Of a stretch of DNA of 64,000 nt, positions 47,601 through 58,000 are shown one piece after another (within the stretch, counting starts at the first letter, position 1; every line of letters begins with the position of its first letter). Below the pieces are notes generated by a model. The model did not search any database. It had not been told where the DNA came from and saw only the letters and a list, made by a program, of their open reading frames with translations. Source of the stretch: Trichoplax adhaerens (taxonomy: Eukaryota; Animalia; Placozoa); assembly GCF_000150275.1 (NCBI RefSeq), contig NW_002060945.1:6501607-6565606 (forward strand), in the 5' to 3' direction. The translations under genes were made by a program, and so were the position numbers.

Positions 47601-50559
47601 CCTACTGATTTATTTATGACGGAATCGCAAAAGCGATGGTATAATGTAATGAAAACTATGTCTAAATCTAAACCAGTGAGGCGGATACCACTTCCTAAGG
47701 TAATTATCAATGTAGTTAATTCACTTTCTACTTTTAATTGTAGTTGATAGCAACGTTTAGTTTACAGCATTCGTCGTAATCCCATTAAAAGTTATTTCGC
47801 TGAAGTTGAATTACTTGCAATATGGTTATCTTACAATCATGATTTAGAGCACTTTTTATAGCAATTCTGAGGCTATTTTGTCTTAAATCTTGCTTTTTCT
47901 TCATCAAAAATTTTAGCGCGATAGTCAAAAAAGATTACTAGCAATTGTTCAAAGCAATAAATTTGAACTGGCAATTATCCTTGTCATCGTTGCTAATACT
48001 GCAGCTATGATGGTAGTCCATTTCGATCAATCTCAAGAAGTTACGAGAGTACTTGATATCCTTTTTTTACATCAAAATCTTATAATGAAATCTTAGTATA
48101 AGTCTTTGGATTTATATTAAGTTGCTATGACTACTTCATGAGGACAGATTGACTATGACCCAATATATAATGGATGCTTGGTATGAACGATCCTATTTTA
48201 CTTTAGCTGTTAATATGGCTTAATAACTATAGTAAATGTATCTTACAAGCAGTGAGAATAATGATAGAAATACTGCCATTAAATCTTCTCTTACTCTATC
48301 CTATTTAAGTAATTTCATTTTTAAGCCTGCAAAATTTAGAAAGAATTATTGTAAAATATATTTTTTAATATATCATTACCGATTCTGGATAAAAATTGCT
48401 CTACTCAGTGTTTTTAATATTAAAATAGTATTAGGAACAACATCAAATAATTTATTATTTTGCCGATTACAAAATTGTTTAGATATAGATGTGAGATATG
48501 GCAAGATTAAATGCAGTCTTTACGACACATTCCTACTACAGCATATAAGTCCAATTCTTAAGAGGTCACTGTAGATTTTAAGTACATCATCAAGAAATTA
48601 ATAGGCATTGCTGCACAGCAATACATGTACTTGACATGATCAACGTTTAAGCTGTGATTTCATTTTTCTAAAATTTGATCGCTACTATTTCCATGTTCTA
48701 TTCTAGAACATTCCTTAACTCTACACGCTATTTTTTGCATTGGAACCAGCACATACTTTAAATTATATTTTTACAGCCATTTACGTCTTGGAAGCAATTC
48801 TGAAAATCATTGCTATGAGACAGCACTATTTCAAAAATTTGTGGAATCTCTTTGATTTCATTATTGTATTGGTAGCTATTATAGGTAAGTTGTTTTTGTA
48901 TTTAGAAAGATGTATACGATAAACTATAATGCAGTGAATTAGAACACTTTTAGGATTGCTAGACTTACTGTATGCAATCGTGAGTAGAAATGTCATCATA
49001 TCTGATTTCCATGATGATTATTAATTATTTTTCGCCACATATCGGTATTTATACCATTGTAAACTTGTAATAATTGAATTTAAATGTAAAGAGAAATCTT
49101 AAAATTACTGAATCATACTTTCGTATTACAAGTATAATATATCAGTGTTAGAAATGCTTCCAGTCTGATGATCGCATAATGACAACGACGTAGGCCCTTA
49201 TGGCAAATCGTAGCAAATCTATTACTAAAATACGAAAGATTGAAAAGATATAATTAGAAAGATATATCATCCACGAAGGTCTTTATATGCTAAAAATTGT
49301 ATAGTTTAGTCAAAATTAACATTTAAGAATGAGAATTCCTTAAAATTAGCTCGTTGTAATTAGAATAAGTCTTGTAGTATGATATAATTGTACCACGTCT
49401 AAATGGCTAAAAATTCAGAGTTTTATGCATGTATACTGTAAAATCTTAAAATCTTTTGTGGCCCTACAGAGAGTTTCTATTTCAAGATTTAAAAACAATA
49501 TAAATATATTAATATGATGTTTCAGGTATTATACTTGACGTTATGGACAGCAGCAACGCCAGTATCCCTATCAATCCATCGATGTTGAGGACGTTACGTT
49601 TATTTCGAATTGTGCGTATTCTTCGAGTATTGGAATTTGCCAAAGGCATTCGTAAGCTTTTAACGGCATTCGCTATGTCTATGCCCGCACTTTTTAATGT
49701 TGCTTTACTGGTCTTCTTGGTTATGTTTATTTATGCAATTGTGGGTATGTCATCATTTGCTTATGTCAAGCACCAGACAGCTATAACTAAAAATATGAAC
49801 TTTGAGACATTTCCTAACGGTCTTTTGCTCTTATTTCGGTTGAGCACGTCTGCCGGTTGGAATGATGTACTGCATGATTTAATGGTCCAACCGCCTGATT
49901 GTAATAACTCAGCGACAGCATTTTCATGGAATGGTGATTGTGGAAATCCCCCAGTGGCCATCACCTTCTTAATTACCTACATCTTTATTACGACATTTGT
50001 CTTAATTAATATGTATGTGGCCATTATATTAAATAATTATCAAGAGGTCGAAGAAGAAGAAGAAGGATCCGTCATCACAGCCGAAGATATCAATGTATTT
50101 TATGAGACTTGGGCCAAATATGATCCTGAAGCTAGTCAATTTATCAGCTTTCGCTATTTATCACCCTTAGTCGCCGAATTAAAGCCGCCACTTCGGATTC
50201 CGCAGCCCAATAAGTATCCACTGATTGCATTGGATCTAGCATTATACGATAGTCGGCTTGTCCATTGTTTAGACGTTTTAGAAGCATTAGTTGAAAGAGT
50301 TATTGGTCAACCCAATGCTGATGAAGCTGGCGATGTTGTAGAAGAGATTAAAAGGCAAATTCAGAAAAAGTTTAGTGAAACTTTCCCTTCCTCAGGAATT
50401 CCTAAGCAATATGATAAAAGCAAGAGGTTAAAGCAGTTGGCAGTACAAGAAATTAAAGCTGCTGTTATAATTCAAAGAGCGTATCGACATTATCGATTGC
50501 GTAAAGCGTGCAAGGAACATTGTCAGCGAATGCGCCGTCAATCGGTGATCCATCTGTAA
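35654..50559 (+). CDS. Nav2-type voltage-gated cation channel alpha subunit, paralogue C (DEEA filter, canonical architecture)
   Basis: About 25 exons: 35654-35705 (start tentative), 35983-36086, ~36585-36711, 37099-37182, ~37840-37968, ~38062-38152, ~38352-38567, ~38663-38721, ~39445-39589, ~39840-39977, ~40277-40931, ~41344-41586, ~42045-42230, ~42419-42753, 43096-43950, ~44548-44805, ~44968-45141, ~45428-45535, ~45868-46131, 47058-47111, ~47269-47406, 47577-47699, ~47917-48055, ~48753-48884, 49526-50559. P-loops ITLDNWE / LCGEWIE / ATFEGW / STSAGW; DIII S4 [14 protein letters not shown]; IQ motif IIQRAYRHY. Confidence 0.95.
36712..37098 (+). other. U12-type GT-AG intron in gene C (same position as the gene B AT-AC intron)
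   Basis: 5' GTATCCTG at 36712; branch TTCTTGAC 37081-37088; AG at 37097-37098; gives ITSNQ|[14 protein letters not shown]. Confidence 0.85.
48056..48752 (+). other. U12-type AT-AC intron in gene C (DIV S1-S2)
   Basis: 5' ATATCCTTTT at 48056; branch TTCCTTAAC 48711-48719; in-frame acceptors AC 48746, AG 48749, AC 48752; the last aligns with gene B (RVLD|TLNYIFT). Confidence 0.8.
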
Positions 50560-50780
50560 ATTGGTTATCTATCTTCATCCTGATTTTATGTGTAAATTTT
50601 CTCAGAATGGAGGAGAAAGCCAGTGAGGGGTTGATACTACGTTACATATACAGTATATAAAACGCCGTGTGACATTTTAAGTAAAATGGAATGAATGACT
50701 TTCATAAGAAAAGATAAGTAGGCTACGATAGCATTATACTGCACCTTATTACTTGTATGCGTAGATTGACTACAATGATA

Positions 50781-50786
50781 AATAAA
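50781..50786 (+). promoter_or_regulatory. Candidate polyadenylation signal of gene C
   Basis: AATAAA ~220 nt after the stop codon; weak evidence in AT-rich DNA. Confidence 0.3.
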
Positions 50787-53700
50787 ACTGACTTGCTGCA
50801 ATTAAAATTGCACAGAAGCTGTAATGTTTTCACGTAATAATTAAATTAACAGTGGATACTTCTGTCTTTGGGGTGGAACTATAATAATTTTCGATTAAGC
50901 CATAATTTTTACTACTGTACTCATTTCAGAGTTTACTAAAAGAGAATTTGCCATAAATTGAATATGATCTTTAATGACAAATTGTATTATGAGAAATTAC
51001 TATCTAATCCTCTCATCTGGTGTTGTAAAAGTGGCTCAATCCGCTCTAATATATTCAAATGAAAAGGTCTAATAACATCAAGAGGAGTCATTTCGATCAA
51101 GTTTTCTATCAGCATACTGTTCTTTGAATAGTGTACTTGCTAGTATTCAATAACTTTGATTATTTCTTTATGCTCTCAATACGATGATCTATTCTAGCTA
51201 GCTAGTATTTTATTTAATTACGATATACTTGTAACGATTAATTTACATTGGAAATTGATTGCCTGGTAATTACTCAGGCAGTAACTTACATCTAGTAACT
51301 ACTCTGTCATTGCATTTAAATATATATATATATGATTAACCGATGACAAGATCAGAGCTACATCTCCACTCCCAGTTTGGAATATTATAAGGCTTCCCCT
51401 GTAAGTAGTTTGATTACCGTATGGGATAACGCAGTTGTTTAAATGGAAAATTGAAACAAGTTGATTACTATTTCTGCACCTAAAACGGGTAATCCTGGAC
51501 ATTATAAGCAATTAATGGTTTCGTGTAGTATAATATCATTCGAGACATTGATCATCTTGCACTGGATTTGTACGTGTGCGTCATAGCTTAGCATTGTCGT
51601 TTTGCCGCTAGTAAATCGATATTAAAGTTTTGAAATAGTAATCTACTCTTTACTTGCCGTTAGGTTGATTTATACACGTATACGAGAGTATGACTGCAGT
51701 GATGGCAATGTCTTTTACTAACATTCTTATAAAAATAAAGGATAGCATAGACTTTTAATGTGTCGCGGTAATTTCGGCTAATAATAGTAGTGTAGGAGTA
51801 TTTTAAAAGCGGATAGGAATATGAAATAGAGCATGACGTGACTTAGAATAGTCAATTGCGCTTACAGTTGATCAAGTAGTTGTAGCTTATGGCCGAGATG
51901 ATGAAATCATTCATTGAACATTTGGCAAGGAAAAGAAAAATTACATCACTAGAAGGTGTTACAGTACTTGTTCAGCCGTGCGTATATCAAGTTTTAACTG
52001 CTTGATTTTACGATTTTAAGAAAGCTCCTGCTTGGCTACTTGCTACAGACTGGAAAGAGCATAGCAGGCTCACCTTCTACGCGTATACAGTACTGATAGA
52101 TTAATAATCCGCTTGAATACCCTTTAAACTAGACTCAGTGAAATCAATTCAAGCCGAATTCGATCGGCGAAGAATTCCATGTTGTAAGATAATAGATTCT
52201 ATAGAGATTCCGATAATCGCAAGTAAGATGGCGAGACTAAACCTGTCTGTACTAAGTATTGAGAGAAATAAAGTAATTTTATACAACAATATATCACCAT
52301 TACAGTAGGCAATGTCTTAGCAATATAGCAGCATATCAAAAGGCACATTATAAACTATAAATACACAATAATGGCATTCTGGCATCATTTGATCCGTTCT
52401 TGAGTGTATCATTTAGAGACGAAAGCTGTAGTCTTAAGTTAGAATGCCAGTTGCAATGAAGGACATTGAAGGCTGATTCCTTCAGGAGGGAGTTTCAGTT
52501 TGAGAGCTAGCTGTGCATAGCGTACGTAATCTAAGTTCGCTACTGTCATATTCAACAATAGCTTTATTTTAACTGAAGTAATAAACTATTTTATCCGCTA
52601 CATTTGGGAAATAATTTATATATTATTGAATGACTGGTTCAGGGTAGGGATAGAAATACTTGATACTTTTAAGACTTGACCTGTTAAACACTACCATATC
52701 GATAACAATTAATCTCAGTATCTGTTTTGCTTGAATTTACTGTAGTCATTGAAATTAGATTCAATAATGTTATTCAAGCAAAATTTGATCGATAAAGACT
52801 TATAAGACCAGCAATCCTGCCAAGTATTACAATTGTCGATGATTGCTTGCATATCTTCAGTTATTAAGTACTATACTACCAAGTTTTTCAATGGCTTATC
52901 GAGCCATACAATATGCACTCTTGTACACTTTATACGACATGAAAGACGCTTATATGTAGTATCTTGCTTGAATTGTGCTATTCAGACTAGATTAAAGGAT
53001 TTTATTGTCAATTCAAGCAGATTCTAATCGATGGAGGTAGAGACATGGACTACTAGAAGAAGACCTGGATTGATCGCTCTTGGACGGGTAGACATTTCGG
53101 CCTCACCTCGTTATGACAGTACTTTAGTGTGTAGACGGTCGATTTTGAATTGATTAATTTTTTTCTAGATTAATCAAGTAATATTAAGTTGAATCTTATT
53201 ATCTTTTTCTCACATCTACTTGGAGACAGTTATGTAAGATTGTCGATGTTATATATTTAAATTAGTAACAGTAATTACAGACACAGCAGATCTATACTAA
53301 GCAGCCATTTTAGAGCCTTATTTTTGGTAAGGGAAGTCCGTCCATCCGAGGAATGGTCGATCTAGGAGCTGAACTCTGTCTTCTTCCGAGTAGTCCATGA
53401 TAGAAGTAAAAGAAAGAAAGATTTTTCTTTCGACTTCCTATGCCAACAGTACTGCAAGTTTTATTATTTATGTAATGAGTTCTCCATAGCAATCTGGATG
53501 AGCTAATAGATCCATACACGTTATAGTATGGTGCTGCAAATGTATTTGTGGTAGCTGCTTATGGTTTTGTACAGTATGGAATACGATTTCAGTGATAGCG
53601 TATAGTGCAATGACTGGAATCATGGTCAATCCCATTGTTATTTTGCAGTGAACGGCCATTGCTTGCCTTCTCTTTCCTTTTAGTAGTTCCTTTATCACTG

Positions 53701-55017
53701 GTGACTACTTACCTAATTGATACAATACGGAATCAATTGGATGGCTACTATTGTACAAATGAGTGTCCATCTGTAACTTTACAGTTACTTAAGATGACTA
53801 ACGTTGTATGTACAGAACCAGGCTCCACATTTCTGCCAATCAGCAGTTGTTGGTCGTCTCTTGCTCTTAGTAGCAGTTTCTTCCAAAATGGTGTATACCA
53901 GCAGGGATAACTCAAAAGAAAAGAGAGGGAATAATGTGGATCATTTTTCCGGTGATTCTATTAGACGGCATTAATGAAACCGTATACCATACTGTGCAAA
54001 ACCAACTTAGCAACATGTTTGCAGCCATGTTGTAGCTCATTTGGACGTGCATCGTAGACAGTATATAGCATACCGCTGCAGACATGCGATACAGTTGAAA
54101 TGACTAGTAAAATAATCCGTCTCCACATTCTTACTAGGTAAACTACCGTTTCCTGTACCTCTCTTCCTTTTTAATTAAGGTTTTAGTTAGTCAACAGCTT
54201 CTGAGTATTATCATTTTGAGAAGCTCTAGCAAGAAATCGCTGAAACTGTATCTAGTACAAAATTAAGAAGTTATCTTCAGCGGTACGGTAAGTAGTACGA
54301 AGTAGTCTCCTTTGAGACGTTTCAATACCACACCTGAGACATTATACAGTATATTGTCCAATCGATAGTTTTAGTGCTTGGCTGCAAACAGGTACCAGAA
54401 ACTATTTCAATAAGTGCTGTTACGATCACTTAAGACATTTAAACAAGAGATTGAAGACATCGAGGATAAAATTGAGCTACTTCAATGCCGTCGAGATACG
54501 TAGACTGCGATCAGCAGTTACAGTAGATAGTGAAGCCATACTGACACTGTTCTGCAATGTGCAAAATCAAATGTCACCCCCTTGGATCGCATTTTCGATC
54601 AAGATAGACAGCAATATAGGAGAAAATAGACTCTCCGTGGGGTGACAGTATATTTTGCACGCTACCGACCGTGGTATAGAACGTGTTTAGGCTGGTTGGC
54701 CATCGGTACTAGTGTACTGTAAAATAAGTGTACATTGTACAACTGTACAATGCATACAGTGCAAATCAGTTGTCATGTCTACAATATCGATTGAAAAGAT
54801 TATCAAGTTGGAATGATGGACAATTCTTAAAGAAACTAATCAAAAGGGTGACAAAAAATTTTACAGATCATCGGTGTTCCAACGCGCGTAAAGCATATCG
54901 TATTTGACTTGGATTTGCATGGTAAACACCGCAAATTGATCGGTGGTTATCCTCGCTAACGCTGATTCTAATTACTGAGATCCTATTTCAAGTCTATTAG
55001 CATTATTTTGGGTCGAA

Positions 55018-58000
55018 ATGTCAGGACGTCCATCTTCAAGCGGAACTCAGTCAAAACTCAAGCAAATCGTCATCGATTTTGCGAACAGGTTGAGACGATA
55101 TTTGCAATATTTTGATTCTTCCATGCAGTTCATGTTTATGTGTCGCTACCTTGACTTTAGCTCGTTGCTATATGAAATGATTATTTGGAGATTATTTTGA
55201 TTTTACTGTTGATAGAAGTACAACTATTGCAGTAGTATATTAGCCACTACAACGTTGATTGCAACACTCTTTTAATCTTCATCATTATTCGCTATCGCGG
55301 CATAGTATTGATAGACAGGAAATGCTTAATATGACCATCATGGATATTTACAGTATACGATGCTTGATCATGAGGTCAAAGCGGTAGGCTATCAACATGG
55401 CCAAACTAGAAAGTAATGCGTAGTCTACTGGGTCGATAGCTCGCCTTGAAAGTTGTAAACAGTGCAATGCCTACAGGATAGTCAGTACTGTACAGTGTTT
55501 AATTTCCTTTAGCTATATTTATAATACTCAAGTTGGAATGGAATGCATGATGTTTATTCTTTTTTATGATAATAATCGCTCTCATCATTTCCATACCTTT
55601 CATTCAGCTACGTTGTACAAGATAATTGCACTCCTTTTTGATACTGTGATTATAGCCGCAAGTTCTTTCCTAGGCGATTTCAATATCCAAAAGGACAGAC
55701 AATATTACCCAACTTCAGTCTCGTACAATAGGAGTTTAGCGTACTATACATAGGTTGTTATATTTCAACATCAATATATTTTTCTTTAAACTACTGTACT
55801 ATAGCTATTTCTTTATTACGAGCAGTATCTATTTGGTAGTTTGCTAACGTTCATTAATCGAATCAACAAGAAACAATCCGCTAATTTTCCGAATTAGTAT
55901 TGCATACAATACAATTGGTACAGTAGTCGGACCACACCGGATTTGACATGCTATCCAACGAGCTATAATACATCCAGCTACTAATACGATTATTTGATTC
56001 AATATGCAGAGTTCAAAATGTCGAACCTGATCAAAGAATCTTGGAAACACGTAATTTACTCTGCCATTTGGTTAGCAGATACTTATTGAACATTGAAGAA
56101 GGTAAATTGTTCAAAAGTATCCATGCAATAGCCATATAGTGATTCACTTTGGATAGTTTAAATTTCCATGACTTATTTGTAAATTCGGCAATTTTTACCT
56201 GTATGCATACAGGTATTTTACTTGTTCCTTATTCATGATACAATGTTGTATCATACTGTGACATAACATCGTAATTTTTTACAATTTCTTAATTTCTATT
56301 TTAATATCGATCTTCTTCTGGCCACATTAATTCCCGAAGTGTCAACGCAGTTAGCCAAAAAAACTGGTATTAGTTCACAACCGGAAACATTACTCTCTTT
56401 CATGCAACATTTGGTTAGCGACCAACCGGAATGTTTTGTGCCTGAAACTTTCGAAGCAATCGACGTAACATCAAAAGGTAAATTACTAGTATCGGCAGTG
56501 TAATAACCGTAAGTATGTATAACATGCAAAGGGTAACATACGAGGATAGGTAAGAATTTATAAATAGAAATAGAGTTTATTCTTGATGTCATTAATGGAG
56601 CTTACTTCAGTTAATATTTTTTTGAATACCTTTAATAGCTTTCATCAAATGGATAACGTGTAAATTAATGCATTTATTGGCTTCATCGGACTGTCAGAAA
56701 TTGCATTCAACTTCCTCACAGATAATTATCAGTATATTAAAAGTAAGTAAAGTTGAGCCTATAAATGATAGTATTTCTTATTTCTATCCTTAGATTTATG
56801 CAGAATTTGAGGGAATATTTTGCTTAGATAAATACTAATGATGACAATTATACTATTATGTTTATGGATAGCTTATAGAATTGAAAGACTTAATTTTCTT
56901 TCGAGAAATAATAGAAGAATTTGTCATGATCTTGATGAGTGAGTAATAGAATTCATAACTACTTATGAAATAGCGATTGTTGTGAATCTATTCATTGTAC
57001 CTGTGTGCATGAAAGATATACCTTTAATGGCAACTATGTGTGGATACCAAATTAGGTTTAAGCAATACCGAATTTACCGGTTTGGATTTACAAAATGCTA
57101 TAGAAATTAATTGCTTTGTTTTGGAGGACAGTGAGTTAAACTCGGTAATAAGAGACTTTCTGCTTCACTATAATGTATATTTCTATTATCCTGTATGATA
57201 TCTAAATATGTACTATATATTCGCATAATTGTATACACTCTTTTTGACTTGTATAATTGCTGTAATTTTATCTATTTTATTAGATTACCTTTATGAAAAC
57301 AAGTGGTGACGAAGACTTTTCTCACAAACCTATAAAAATTTCCTCACCCAACAATTTCTTCTCATTACAATTACATATCACGTAAATCTATATTTTTAAA
57401 CTGTAACTGTTGCATTCACTTATGATGCATATATGATACGATACTCTACTTACTGACATCTAAAAATACAATTTACCTTCCACAGTAAAATGTTGCTGGA
57501 TGTCTGCGATTGCATATGCCAATTTGTCCTTGATTGCGGCATAGAGTTATGGCCAATACTAATCTATCAATTAGATACTGGCACTATAGAGATCAAGAAT
57601 GTTGGTAGAATAAGAAGCTATGACTTTAAGCTTTTTATTTTTCATATTTTAAAGTATCTTATATATCTCATTATAGGTTACAGTTCGGCTATGTTCGGCT
57701 CTAATTGATAATAATATTATTCCAAAACCAACATTATGTGAATATTTTATTAACTGTGTACTGGCATTACTAAATTTTGCATTATATTCCCATGCTAATT
57801 CTATTAGGTTTGTATAATTTGTAATCACTTTAGTATTAATTTACTAATGGCATCATTTATTGCTTTGCAAAATTTTAGTCTCTGTGTGTTTTTATAAAAT
57901 ATACTAACAATTTGTACCCTACATTTATTTATGCATAAGTTCTGGATTGGAATTGAGCATTGATTCATGCTTTAATGTTCTGTTACCATACAATACATCG

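Noticed and set aside
2348-49964. Minus-strand ORFs overlapping channel exons (e.g. 2348-2614, 14253-14582, 40417-40677, 42532-42777, 49761-49964)
   Set aside because: Antisense shadows of real coding exons.
1-50559. Calling the channels Cav or NALCN
   Set aside because: DI Asp and DIV Ala/Ser filter residues, LCGEW, the Nav-type III-IV linker and Nav intron positions fit Nav2; no EEEE/EEDD/EEKE filter or AID motif was seen.
55538-55990. Exon-like pieces in ATR intron 1
   Set aside because: The candidate frames I tried contain stops, and exon 1 joins in phase directly to the exon at ~56010.
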